A stretch of 63,454 nucleotides of DNA, the filler included, from Elsinoe ampelina (taxonomy: Eukaryota): NCBI GenBank assembly GCA_010093995.1. It is 4 parts of 4 records of this genome, joined end to end, with 100 filler letters (N's around TTAATTAATTAA, not from the genome) between each part and the next. Parts side by side here need not be neighbours in the genome. Positions count along the whole stretch, not along the records: positions 1 to 18,086 come from ML992564.1; positions 18,187 to 35,006 come from ML992565.1; 2 more parts are not named here. The stretch is one strand, 5' to 3'. The notes under the pieces were generated by a model, which saw nothing but the letters and a program-made list of their open reading frames with translations, was not told the origin of the DNA and did no database searches. The translations under genes were made by a program, and so were the position numbers. Of this stretch, positions 11,601 through 23,900 are shown one piece after another (position 1 is the stretch's first letter; every line of letters starts with the position of its first letter).

Positions 11601-12861
11601 CGTAGTAGGGTCGTGGATCTGGCGGTATGAAAGTAAAGGGTATATCGTCGGCCATGGACTCTCGTGGTGAAGCATCGTTCAGGCTCAAATGACTGACATC
11701 TACAGGTTGATCGACCACATAAGCCCCATCCGGCGTCTCGTTGATGTTGACACCATCAGAGTACCCCGAGTCTGTACTGATCGCACTTGTAGGCTTGTAG
11801 TTGGCAAAGGCTCCCATTGAAGAATGCTTCGCCAGTTCTGGGTAAGCTTGCAGGATCGCCAGTACCATCTGTGTAATGTCGTGAGTCTCAGTCTTCCTCC
11901 AGAGCTCGTAAGCATCTTGCAGGTCGAAGTGATCGATGTTCAGAGTTCTTCGCGTGTTGAGGTTCATGTGCATCTGATACATCTTGAGATCGTTGAGTGC
12001 AGCCTCGGGTGTCCAGAAGTCTTTGTTCGCCGTGATGTCCGCTTGTACCTCATCGTATGTCTTGCCAAAGATCTTTGCAACCTTAAGAGCACCAGGTATG
12101 TCCTTTAGGTCATAGCTGATGGGCACCTCCACTTCGATCGTCTGCCCACCAGTGCTGCCATTCCTGCTGTGTGTGAGATCTTGCGAATGAGTGAGCAGCT
12201 TGCTTTCGAGATCTTGCAATCTGCTGCTCAGCTCCGGTCGATCACGCGCCCAGTCGTTTGCCTTGAGCACCGAGCTTATCAGCCGTACAAAGAGGGCAAC
12301 ATGGCGATCGACCATGAGCTTCCAGCTGTCATCATTTGGTTGTTTGCCTTTTTGTAGCTCCGATGTAGCTTTGGAGAAGAAGATCAACAGAAGATCCTCA
12401 ACCTTCCTATCTTTCTCGACTGACTTCCGGAACACTGGATCCTTGAACTGATTGAGAAATGCAGCAAATGTCCTTTTCACCAATGCATCATTATATTCTG
12501 GCATGCGCTCTTTCCCAATCAGGACCCCTGTAATTCGCTTGTCAAGCTCGGGCGGAAATGCGTGTGGAAACTTTGTGCTCTTCGAGTCTCTGATGACGGA
12601 AAAGTCCTTGACCAGGTCGTTGATCGAGGTGGAGGATCGTTGGACAGGTTTCTGCGCGGGCGCGACATGTTGAAGGCGCTTTGCTCGAGGTTGCAGGAGA
12701 TGTGTCAGAAGTACCGCTCGCAGCGAGAAGGAGTAAGCATCGTGCTCGCTCACGAGGTGCTTCCGCCGGGAGTAGCTGAACTCGCGCCTCACGCGGCCAT
12801 TCGGGGGTAAACTGTTGTGTCGCTTGCTATTGATCGAGGAGCGGGCAGAATGCATAGACAT
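8690..12861 (-). CDS. UNC-13/Munc13-family C2 domain protein (MHD1-C2-MHD2; Ync13/YOR296W-type)
   Basis: MHD1-like region (RHSSSALDMF..LEWDDDLQYAKF), C2 domain (IKIIEAEDLRPCDMNGLSDPYV..LNPRWDE..IWDWD) and MHD2-like region (LKPLFEYFDENFAIM). Introns 10254-10210 (45 nt, in frame) and 9246-9200; the latter joins ORF 8690-9157. Confidence 0.88.
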
Positions 12862-13557
12862 GACAGAGGTGCTACCTGGTCATGCGAGGAGAGAATGAGA
12901 GTCGAGTGCCAGCATCTCAGGGCGCTCGTCGTTGACCTATATTTATCGGTGCCCAGTGAGGTATTAAGAATACGACGTGCGTGGAGAAGTTATTGCTGTA
13001 GCTATGACTTGATTAGCTACGGTCCAGAAAGATTGTTAGCATCCAGTAGCGAGCAGCAGCGGCAGCAGGCGAATCGAGCGATGTGATATTTGTGAAAGTG
13101 GTCGATATGCGACTGCGTCATTGACGGTCTGCTTGTTCCCCGTCGTGAAGTGCGGCTGAGACCCAATCAAAGCACGATCTCGAAGCCTTTTAGGCAAGGC
13201 ACAAGCACAGCTCGGACCAGCTGTTTCAGACTCGAACCCCGCCATCACAATCTCAACTTGTACATCCCTTCATCACATGCGCCGGTCCAACATGGCATGA
13301 TGTGTATTGCTTGTAGGCATCGTACTTTCCTTGTTGGCCTGCCGTCAGCACCTCCTCACTTAGACTTCACCTACTGCAAACCCACACGTGCCCCACCATG
13401 TCAATATCATTCACGTTAATTAATCGACAACCTTCTCCGACACCATCCATGATTATAATCTGAACTTCACCAATCTCTATGCCGGCAAGCATAGTCGTTT
13501 TTCAACAACTTCCTCCACTCTTCGAGCACCTTCTTGCGACCATTCACACTCACAGCC

Positions 13558-13992
13558 ATGGGTGACTCGACTCCGAACAAGGAACGCCTTACCGAGGCCC
13601 AACGTAAGAAGAACCACATTCAGTCCGAGCGCATGAGGCGTGAAGCCGTCCGCAATGGCTTCAATCAGCTCAGCGACATTGTCCCCGGCATGGCCGACAT
13701 GGGTCGCAGCGAAGTCCGAGTCCTTACTGCTACTGTCGAGTACATCGATGAACAGCTCAAGCGCAAACAGCAGATCAAGGAAAGATGCAGAGCATTGGGA
13801 ATGAGTGAAGGAGACTTTGAACAGATCTACCGTGACGAAGAGGAGAAAGCCGACGCCCGACAGCAGGAACGCAATGATCAGATGAATCTTGCCACCAATG
13901 GCAATGGCGGGGATGGATCCGACAGTCCTGCCAAGTACACCAATGGCGACGGCAAGATCAAGAGTGAAGGGCAGTCACCCAACGACAGCTAG
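13558..13992 (+). CDS. bHLH transcription factor, Ino4/Mlx-like
   Basis: RLTEAQRKKNHIQSERMRREAVRNGFNQLSDIVPGM...RSEVRVLTATVEYI is a basic helix-loop-helix with the NHIxSExxRR signature. An upstream exon cannot be excluded. Confidence 0.88.
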   Translation: MGDSTPNKERLTEAQRKKNHIQSERMRREAVRNGFNQLSDIVPGMADMGRSEVRVLTATVEYIDEQLKRKQQIKERCRALGMSEGDFEQIYRDEEEKADARQQERNDQMNLATNGNGGDGSDSPAKYTNGDGKIKSEGQSPNDS

Positions 13993-15370
13993 GCATACAC
14001 AGTTTCTGCAACACCGTGTTACTGGCATGGGACTGGTTATAAGCATCCAAGTCAAACCACCGTTTCAAGTCATGAATCGATCATGTCGGTGAGACACGGT
14101 CAACGATCACACGAGAAGTCGCTTACACTGGCAAAATCGCCATGCAGACGGGTCATGGTCTGATACCATCGTTAACTTCAACCTTCATCAATCGGAGCTT
14201 TTGGTTGCCGGAGTTTTTGGGTAAAGGGCTGTGATACCCAAGCAGCTACCTGCGCGCAATCTACCATAGAACGACTGAATCAATTTCACATCCAAACAGG
14301 TACAGTTCACGTGCAACCTCCAATGATTGGCTGGACGTATTTGGGATGAGTTCACCAGTGATTGCAACGTTCAAATGCTGCGAAGAATGCAGTTCATTTC
14401 CAGCCACCCGTTCGAGCAGCGGCCAAGCGTTCATCCACGAAGTTTACGAGTCTTGACGCTCTGAATGAAGAAAGTGGCAGAGGCTAATATGTCGTGTTGC
14501 TCCAGATTCTGTGTAGGACATCGCAACGTGTCTTTGACCTTGACTTATGATACACAATTATGTCCTCCCCGAGAGGCAGACGTGTTGTCAACCAGAAATT
14601 GGCCACCGGCTGCAATTCAGCCGATTGGTAGAGGTAACACGCCACCCGCGACCTCAACCGCAGATCACCTCCAGCCCTACGTCGAGGAGTGCGTCAGATG
14701 CGGTTCCTTTGCTGCCCACACTCGTCAAGATAGGTCATGAATGCCCCTGATTTAGAACAGATCATTGCGTAGAAGTTGTGACCAGGTACAAGTGTTGTTT
14801 GCATTCCTGCCCAAACAATGTCTTTCATCCACGCTGCGCCCGTTTGATCAGATTTTGCCAGGATTGCAACACCGTTTTGCTGCGACGACAGGCGTTGACG
14901 GGACTTTCAGACAAGGTGCGAGGCTAAATCGCGTCGGGTCCTTCTAGCGTCCTTCTACACCAACAAGCTCGACGCCTTGCACGCCATCTTGGGGCGACTT
15001 TGCCCATGACAGAATTCTTGCTGACGATCTTCCGTTGGATCTGCAAAGATCAACACTTCTCCCCAGCTTTTATAGAAAGGACTCGGGCTGCAGCTCCTGT
15101 CACTTCTCATCACGTATTTCGTTCAACATTCATCCTCGGAGTCACTGTCTCGCCATCCACGATCAAACACGTTGTAATCCATCCTCCACTATCGACCTGG
15201 CCGACTCGTCTAGCCTGCAACGGCCGCACTACGATCGAAACGTCGTCGCGTGGCTCTAATTCTCATTGGGAGCCTTATTACTTGCATTAGCCCGCCAACA
15301 GTAAAGGCGCGCTACACCAGCCCACTCAAAGCTATAATCCCATGGTACGGTGGACTAGGACGACACCACC

Positions 15371-16075
15371 ATGGACTTCTTCGGAGACTATTCGATAGAG
15401 ACGGCTTCATGTCATCCTTCTTCAATATCTCGACATGAGGATGATGTGTTTGCTCCCACCACATCTGTCCCACAACCACTTTCGCCGCGAGATATGAGAA
15501 CGTCATACCCTTCGGCGGTCGTCAACATCACAGATCTCGCCAGGCAATTCAGTCTCCAGGATCTCGAGCGGCCAAGCATAGACGTACACTTCACATCATC
15601 GTTCGCACCCGACAACAATCCTCCATCACCATCACACCTTCAAGTCCCGTCATCACCACTTCGCCGCCCATCACTGTCAACAACTCGAACAGCGCCATGT
15701 TGGAAGCGACGTATGCACCGTCACTCAGCCACTCGAATGCTCGCGGACGAAACACATCTCAAATCCATTGCTGAGCTTGTTGAGCGAATGGTCGACTCAA
15801 GTGACCAATGCGGCGTCACCCACCGACGGGATGCGGACCTGACTCCGACCCCAGCCACTCCACTTGTCGATGACGCAGAGGACTACTTTGACAGCTCAGA
15901 CAGCGGTTCACCTCGCAGCTTGAGCAGTTCGAGCAGTAATGGGCGAAGACCAAGCTACTTCAATGCCGAATTTAGTCCATCGTATCGTCGACCGGCGGAG
16001 GCAGGCAGTCTATCAATGAGCTTCAAGGAGAGCAAGGTCCACAAGAGCAGAGCAAGGAAAGGAGCAAGAAGATGA
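15371..16075 (+). CDS. Hypothetical Ser/Pro-rich protein (234 aa)
   Basis: CACC-ATG context, long ORF, helical patch HLKSIAELVERMVDSSDQCGV and basic C-terminus. No family recognised. Confidence 0.65.
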   Translation: MDFFGDYSIETASCHPSSISRHEDDVFAPTTSVPQPLSPRDMRTSYPSAVVNITDLARQFSLQDLERPSIDVHFTSSFAPDNNPPSPSHLQVPSSPLRRPSLSTTRTAPCWKRRMHRHSATRMLADETHLKSIAELVERMVDSSDQCGVTHRRDADLTPTPATPLVDDAEDYFDSSDSGSPRSLSSSSSNGRRPSYFNAEFSPSYRRPAEAGSLSMSFKESKVHKSRARKGARR

Positions 16076-16460
16076 TGATCTAGTGACTGGCACATCTACT
16101 GTACATAATAACGACCTGGTTGGGATTAGCGAGGTGTACAGGATGGATTTGGAGGATACCTTAGGATACTACTATTGGAAGGCGCAAGCCTGGTGACGAA
16201 ATTACGAATACCAATTCACAGTAAAACACTCATCACTTCCTCGTCATCTCCATGCATGTCTTCTAAGATCTTTCGTTGTATGACCGCAGTTCCAGCACCC
16301 CTCGCCCATAGACCCCACGTCACTCAAACCCACACGAGTCATGTCCCATCAGACCTCCCCCGAACTCCGACCATCTCCATCTCCAAAAAAAATCCCCAAA
16401 CCCAGTTCCCCCGTCACCACGCACCACGCACCCACCCACTTCTTCCCTGTCTAAAATGAC

Positions 16461-18086
16461 ATGTCCCTATCCATCACCCGCCCTCTCTCCGGCCGCGCCG
16501 TCACCCTCTTCCTCATCCCCCGCCCACACAACATCCTCCACTCCAGCGCCCTCCTCACGGCCCTCAAAAAGACCTATGGCGAGATAGAGCATTTCCGGAA
16601 CTACAGATATAATTACCACGATGTACGGCCGAATCTGTTCGTGGCTATATTCAGGGAGGCGAGGGATGCCCAGAGATTGATCAGGGCGAGGAATTTGAGG
16701 TTGACGTTGGAGGTGGGAGGGGGCGTTCATGGGGAAGGGGTGGCGGGGTGGGGTTTGAGGGAGGTGGATGCGGAGGGGAGGGAGAAGGAGGAGGATGAGG
16801 AGGACGAGGACGATTTTGGAGAGGGGGAAGACGAGGATTGGATGGAGGGAAGGGGGGAAGAGCAGAGGGGGAAAGTGAGGAGGAAGTTGAGGCCGGAGTT
16901 TGGGGCTGGAGGGGAGGTGAGAGAGGAGGGTGGTTGGGGCACATCGTGGGGAATGGACAGGCACGGGGATGAGGCGATCAGGAGGAAGGAGCTGGATAAG
17001 GAGATCGAGGAGGCTGCGAGGTTCTTTGAACGGAGGGACGTTGAGGAAGAGCCGGGTAGGAGCGAGGGTGCTGCATCGACGGAGGGGGCAGCACCCTGGG
17101 ATCCTGCGCTGGAGAAGTCCGGGGAAACGAACTTGCATCGTCAAGATTCTGGTATCCAAGATGTCACGTCAGTCATGGGCAAGGAGAGCATATCTGCAGA
17201 GGCCTCAAGAGGATGGAAATCACATCAGGCCGAACTTTCAGAGCCGGAGGAGGTTGCACAGCAGTCGAAAAGCGCCCGCGACGCTCTTTCTATCCTTGAG
17301 TACACAGACCCTGCTGTATATCACGCGTCTGCTGAGAGCAGCGCGCCGACGACGAAGGGATCATACAGAGCTGCTCCAGACCAAGTCAGACCCGCACATT
17401 CGATCAAACCTACCCAACCCACAATGCCAACCACATCTTCGCAACCACAAACAGATGCCCTCAGCATCCTCGAAAACGAAAGCTGGGAAGCCGCCCGCTC
17501 CAAGATCCCCCCCTCCGAACCGCAACCACGCTCTTCCCCCTCCTCCAAACCGTACAACGACCCCCTCCTCTCCAGCCTCGGCGACGTAACCGGCTCCTCC
17601 AAACCCCTCGGCCGCAAAAAACCCACCCCACCCCCGCCCCCATCCACTGCCCCCCCTCCCACAACAAACAAGCACACCACCTTCACCTCCATCCTCGACT
17701 CCTTCTACGGCCCCCCCTCCAAATCCCAGCGCCGCTTCTCCACCACCCCCGCACGCTCCCAATGGCCCCCCCCACCCTCCTCCCTCCCCCCTCCCCGCAC
17801 CCTCACCTTCTCCATCCAAGCCTACCCCTCTCAGATCAACTTCGCCGAGGAAATCGCCCGCCACCCTTACCACGGGTTTTTCAAGGCGAGCGTCACGAGC
17901 GCCGCGGCCAAGGATCTGGCGCGGACGGTGCCGGTCAAGGCGTTGGCTGATTTTGAGGGGCGGAGGGAGGGGGTGCCGAGTCGGACGGTGGGGTGGATGG
18001 GGAGGAGGGCCATGGAGGGGGTGCTGCATTTGAGGAGGGTTTGGGAGGAGGGGAGGAGGCGGAGGGAGGAGGCGGAGAGGGGGGAG
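16461..18086 (+). CDS. Fungal hypothetical protein with low-complexity middle; 3' end lost in gap
   Basis: ORF of more than 540 codons running into the N spacer. Globular-looking N-terminus (GRAVTLFLIPRPHNI..TYGEIEHFRNYRY) and C-terminus (IARHPYHGFFK..AAKDLARTVP). Confidence 0.65.
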
Positions 18087-18186
18087 NNNNNNNNNNNNNN
18101 NNNNNNNNNNNNNNNNNNNNNNNNNNNNNNTTAATTAATTAANNNNNNNNNNNNNNNNNNNNNNNNNNNNNNNNNNNNNNNNNNNN
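18087..18186. other. Artificial 100-nt scaffold spacer (N44-TTAATTAATTAA-N44)
   Basis: Ns around a palindromic 12-mer with stops in all six frames; identical structure at three sites. Confidence 0.97.
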
Positions 18187-18444
18187 ACAGCCACCCTGCG
18201 CTCATCCTCCACCATGGGTGATGTGACAAAGTTGGTCATGGTGGATGATCAGAGGCGTATCGCATGAGCTTCACGGCCACCCTGCGCTTATCCTCCACCA
18301 TGGGTGATGTGACAAAGTTGATGATGGTAGATGATTAGGGGCGCGTCGCATAAGCTTCACGACCACCCTGCGCTCATCCTTAACCTTGGGCGATGTGACG
18401 AAGTTGATCATGGTGGATGATCAGGGGCGCGCCGCATGAGCTTC
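18187..18444. repeat. 86-bp tandem repeat, 3 copies (possibly more in the gap)
   Basis: Units start at 18187, 18273 and 18359 (AC.[G/A]CCACCCTGCGCT.ATCCT...GCAT.AGCTTC). Period is not a multiple of 3. Confidence 0.92.
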
Positions 18445-19532
18445 AGAGGGATGCGATGGCAAGTGGAACGATGGGATGAGGTGGGATGCTTCCATGCAGA
18501 TTTGCTAATGCTTGCATTGATGCTATGAGTGTGACAGTGCCACATAGCTGTTCCGGTAGTAATCACATACGATTGTTCGTTAGCTTCCTAGAGCTCTGAA
18601 TATCCATCTTCAATCTCGAAAGGAGCAAACGCCTCTCCCTATCAGTATGATGCGTCCTCGCCACTCCCTCAGTCGCCTCCCCCGAAAGGACTTCGATCCG
18701 CATCCTATCCCAGACTATCACTTTGGAGCTAACGAAAGCGCCTGCTTACCTTCCCTTCCTACTCTTTTGGGCGGCAGAGTCATGTGGAGTCTATATCGCT
18801 GGTCATGGTGCAGGAGAAGCACCAATCCGGACGACTCTACCAGGCTGACGGGAGTGCGGCTGTTCTCGTTGACTGAGCAGGTGTTTGTTTGCAAAAGCAA
18901 TCCCCAGGTCTGTACACACCTGGAATTCAGTGTATGGACAGCAGCATGGCTTTGCAACCCGGTACCGATGCCTGACCCTCGGCGCCTTTGATCAACTTCG
19001 ACTGGGTGGCCTGCACAGACATTGTGGTATGTGTAGGACATGTCTTACGGGAAGCACAGAGTCAGACCTCCGCGATGGATTTCCAGCGGCAAGAGCATGA
19101 CATGCGAGGAGTCTTCTTTTAGTCCCTGTCAGAGGCTCATATATCTGGTGTGATAAAGGCAGTATCCAACATGGGCTAGGTGGGATGTGAGGATGTTTCA
19201 GGGGCGCTTTCCGCAAGACAAGCTATGCTCAATCCCCAGTGATGATTTGCTTGAGCTCCGATAGTATGAGAGCTGAGGATAGTATCAATCATACTGCCAA
19301 ATCGATTACTTGTAAATGAGATAGTGTCGTTCAAGCCTGAAGAGGTAGCTGCGAACCGGCTGAAGCACTTGTGGTGTTCGCTTTCTTGACGGTCTCCTTT
19401 CGAATTCTTGCTTGATTAATGCTTTGCGCAGCATCAAGATCCGCGGATGAGCTGGTGAAGTGGTCTTGCTTTGTCTTCTTCTTGGAGTTCTCGGTCGTAT
19501 CTTAATCGCGGTGCGAGTGAGCCGGGGCCTTT

Positions 19533-20150
19533 CTAGCCTTGAGACTCATAGGCCGTGCTCTTGGTTTGCTGATTCCGTTGGCTAGAGTCTTGGGTTTGGA
19601 AGCTTGAGTCGTCGGCCGGTCGTTGGATTGATCTGCCACATATGGCCGCGCGATATCTTTTGGACGGTGTCAGCATCGTCTGAGGATCGAACGTAGCAAC
19701 AGCCTGACCTTGAATACGAGAATCACCAATAGCAAAGGGAAGATTGCCCGCCACAGGTTCTTCTGGTGTCCACTTCGTAGCAGACTGACAAAGCGCTGCA
19801 GAGCCCAGTGTCATGATCAGTTCGGACCTTTCTTCGTCGCCCGTCTCGTCATCATTAATTTTGAGATCGTTCAGAAAGGTGCGAAGTTGACTGATCAAAA
19901 TGCTCTGCGATCTCGTGTACAGTCTGGGGGGTAGAACCTCCTCAGTCAATGGGACCAGGTTGTCGATAGCTTTGCGAGATCTGTTCGCTATAGAATTAAC
20001 GTTCTCGGTGTGCTGTTCCTTTGCCTTCTTGCTGCCCGTCGCCCCAGGGCGATGTTTCAAATCTTCTGACAACCCCTGCCATGCTTCGAGTGGGGTGGCG
20101 ATGCCGCGAGTGTATGCGCTTGTTGGGTGAGTACTAGACATTGAGTCCAT
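19533..20150 (-). CDS. Hypothetical protein (possibly spliced or pseudogenised)
   Basis: 205-aa ORF with no recognised domain. Possible weak intron ~19708-19657 (GTCAGG..GCTGAC..AAG). Confidence 0.4.
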   Translation of the reverse strand: MDSMSSTHPTSAYTRGIATPLEAWQGLSEDLKHRPGATGSKKAKEQHTENVNSIANRSRKAIDNLVPLTEEVLPPRLYTRSQSILISQLRTFLNDLKINDDETGDEERSELIMTLGSAALCQSATKWTPEEPVAGNLPFAIGDSRIQGQAVATFDPQTMLTPSKRYRAAICGRSIQRPADDSSFQTQDSSQRNQQTKSTAYESQG

Positions 20151-20992
20151 GGCTAGATCATAAGCCCATCGCAGAATAGTGGTTGAATTGATCTCGAAGT
20201 TGAGGCTGGAGTGAACCTCTCCAGCAGGAGTGGGGCGAGTAGCTTGTGAGTGACGTACTGCAGTGCTTTTGATACTGCGGATACCTCAATCTTGATGAAG
20301 CGATAGACAGGAGAGGTTCGAAGACTAGAAAAGTGAAGGTATTGAATCGATGTATTCCAAGTCGTCAACGCAGTCGAAGAGCTGGAGCGGCAAACGACAG
20401 CACAGCCCACGGGTGAGGGGCAGAGATCGCACGATTGAGAGAAATTAGAAGTGTTGAGAGTGAAAAGCGACGAGGCTGTTCAAGAGTGATCGATTTGAGT
20501 GGACGAAATACGGCGAGAAAGAAGATGCAGATTCAGAGATTATTCGTTATCTCACAGCTACATCTGATACTTCCACAGAGACTCTAAACGTCCATCTCTA
20601 CTTCCATTGTAAGCTTAGTTCATGTGCCAGATGCTGCCAGACACATGCATTGACATTGGCCCAGGAATGGGTTCTTCCATTGTGAGATTATCAGCGTGCT
20701 TTCACGTGTGTGACAAAGCCGAGAGCATCCTAAAGCACATGTCGTCAAAGCCCGTGGGAATGCAGGAAAGGTCATCGCATGTAGGACACCCATATGACAT
20801 GCCACACTCGGCGCAACCACCTGAGATCAACCAATATCATTTCAACGAGGGTATCTCGCTACATTCCACGCAACCCAAACAACGTAGACGCCCCAGGATG
20901 TGTCGTGTATATATGCTCCCCCTCCTTCGCTATGCCATCCAACTCCCAAACCCAAACCCAGTCCCACACAAAAGAAAATCCCATCATCATAA

Positions 20993-23900
20993 TCATCGTT
21001 GCTTATATTTCTGTCACCGTCAGTAAACAATCCCCACCAATCAAGATCGCATCAACTCACATCCTCCAACCTCCGCACATGCTCCCTATCCAACTGATTC
21101 CCCGCCCCCATCAAAGTCTGTCCCACAGCTTTACTAGCCCCAATCACAGGCCTCAACAAAATCGTCGGCGCATGCCTCACCACCGCCTGCGCCGCCGCGC
21201 TCGCCGACCCCGAATCCATCACCTCCCCTTGCACCGCTATGATCGCGTCCCTCGTCATGAGTAAATCCCGCTCGAGATGGCGCCTCGCGCTCTTCAACCC
21301 CGACAGCACGCCCAAAGGCTGGTTGGCGTAGGCGCTGACCGCCCTTTCCTCCTTCTCTTCGCCATCGACATCGGTCCAGCCTTCTTGGACGTTGCGACGG
21401 GCGCCTTGGGCTGGGGACAGCATCGTCTCGGCGCCGGTGAGGACGTTCTGGGTGCCGACGGCCACGCGGGCGCCGAAGCGGGCGATCTCGCTCGTGGTGT
21501 TGCGCATGAGGTGCACGGCGCCTTTTTGGATCGAGCGCACCACGCGGCCGTCTTTGCGGTATTCGCGGATCGGGACGGCGATGACTTCTGCGAAGCCGGT
21601 GCCGAGGTTGACGAGCGGGGAGACGGTGGCGAGGCCGGAGATGATGCCGGGGAGTTGGTTGGCTTTGATGTCGGGCATCCAGATGTCGTTGAGGGTGTCG
21701 TGGAGGGGGTCGAAGCCTTTGATGCCGTAGAGGATGGCGTGTTTGAGCGTGATGTGGGCGGCGTCGAGGATGAAGAAGTTCTTGAACTCTGTATAGCGCC
21801 CCGAGCGGAGGCCGGCGTAGTCGACTCGCTTGGGTTTGTAGTCGAGGAGCAGATCGACGGTGTGGACCTCGATGCGCTGCAAGAAGGGTTCGTCGGAAGG
21901 GGCAGAGGCTATGGCGGAGGCGGGCTTGAATTCGAAGAAGCGGGTCATGAAGTCCAGGGCATCTTGGTCGACGTGGAGCCGGATAGGCGTGATAGTGATG
22001 GTAAGAACAAGCTCTGTGGCAGCCAATGAAGGAATCGGACGAACAGTGGTGATCTCTGCATGAATGAAAGGCTTGGCCATCTCGCGGTCGGCCGACTCCT
22101 TGTGCCAGGGCGTCATGAACTTTCGCCAGGTCGACGTCGGCAAATTGTCAAAGATCTCAAAGTCTCGGACTCTAAGGTCGATAGAGTTCTGCGCTTCACC
22201 TCCAGGTGGATAGACCAGGATATCAGCGCTGACTCCTTTGGCTTCGAATGCGATCTTGTGAGCCTTGCTCCGCTCCAGCTTGAGACGTCGAGGCCGTCGG
22301 CGAGCTCGTTGGCCGCTGCCACCGGACAAGTTGGTTGGCTTGGATATACCAGATGTTGCGTAACTCTCACTCTCACTTGCCAAGTCGTCAATACCTCTGT
22401 TGATGATGCGTCGTAGTTCGTTTGGATCCTTGTTCGCAGGCACACCGATGTATATCGAGTTGAATAGGCAGTCGCCAATGATTGATTCCTCATCCTCGGG
22501 TTCAGCCATTGTCTTACGCCTCATTCGTCGTTCCTCAGCCCGGTGTTCCACCTCCTCGACTGCTTGTGAGATAGCTTGCCTCGTCCCTCGCCAGTCATAA
22601 CCGTCGTACAGATTCCAAATAAGGTGAACCTCCCGCACTCTGAGCTTGAATGGCAAAGGCTTGCGACCTTGAGTGTCCACGAGAGCGGGCCTTGCGGACC
22701 TTGGGGTGTTCCAGCGGTAGGGTGCGCCGAGTACAGTACTCTCGCCAGGTAATCGGTCCAATTGCTCATCGGTAAGCAGGAAAGGCTTGAGCTCGATTGG
22801 TCCACCCTCGATGTTCGAGGTCAGCTGCTCATTTAGTGCCTTGGTCAGATCCCGATTGTTGAGCTTGGCGGTATTTGGATTGTCAGGAATCTCGAATGGA
22901 TCCTCCTCAAGTAGACTTTCAGCAGTGTCGCCTCTTGCATCACCCTGGATCAGAAGATCATCGCCAGGGTCTTCCAGAGCATCCAAGCCGCCATAGAAAC
23001 TCTCCGACATGTCTGCGTCGAAAAGGTCGTCTTCATCATCCGCTGCAGGCTCAGTGGTGTCCATATCGAAGAGAGTCGAAGGTGGCCCAGCAGGCGGCTC
23101 AAACGCATCACCCGTGAAGGAAGACACCATCTCGTCCATAGTCATCGGCTCAACCCTGAATTTCTCCTCTTTGCTCGGAGGCATGGGAGGCGCAAGCGCG
23201 CTCAGCGTCTTCATAAGTGTTTGCGTTGAGTCGGCACAAGATTCGAGCAGGAAGAGCTCGTTGCGGACATCGACTTGGACACTCTTGTCGGCCTTGTCCA
23301 GGCTTTCGGTGATCTGCAGGTCAACACGGGCAGTCATGATTGAGCAGACAGAGACGTAGCCCATGTCTTCGAACGTGCTTGAGAGCCTCTGAGGTAGAGC
23401 AATCCTAACCACATCCGAGTTGGATGGCAGTTGCTCGACTTGATCGGCAACATGAACAGTCGATTTACGTAGCTCGATCGTAGCCTTGATAGCATCCTTC
23501 GGCGGTGCTTCAGTTGTCACCTTAGCATCGTTTAGCACCACCACGACCTTCGAAGATAGTCCTTCCGGTTGTAGACCGATCATACAGTCGTGGAACAGAA
23601 CGTCTATACTGAGTTTCTTCGCTGGCTTGGAAGATGACGATGTCAGACTGCTTGGTGAGATCAAGTTGTGCTCGGCCACGGCTGTGAGATCGATGACGGT
23701 AGAAGCTGCCAGATCAATAACTTGATCAGTCCTGATATCTTGACCCAGCTCAGTGAGCGCAAGGAAGGTCGGAATGCTGTACTCGACACAAAGATTGAAG
23801 AATTTGAGCCTGAGTGTCGGCTCCACTTCATCACCAATCACCCGTGCCATGATCATGGGGAGATCTTCACTCGTCGAGACTGGCATGAACTCGTGGACGA

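Noticed and set aside
8690..12861. Direct orthology to S. pombe Git1 (adenylate cyclase activator)
   Set aside because: The C2 domain lies between MHD1 and MHD2, which by my recollection fits Ync13/YOR296W better. A phylogeny is needed, so no symbol was given.
13385..13390. CACGTG E-box upstream of the bHLH gene (autoregulation)
   Set aside because: A single hexamer is expected by chance and occurs elsewhere in the window.
18131..18142. Palindromic TTAATTAATTAA repeated at three sites (also 35051 and 49473)
   Set aside because: Always centred in a 100-nt N block; a six-frame stop linker added during scaffolding, not biology.
18187..18444. Repeat array as a CRISPR-like locus
   Set aside because: Units are contiguous with no unique spacers, the context is eukaryotic and there are no cas genes.
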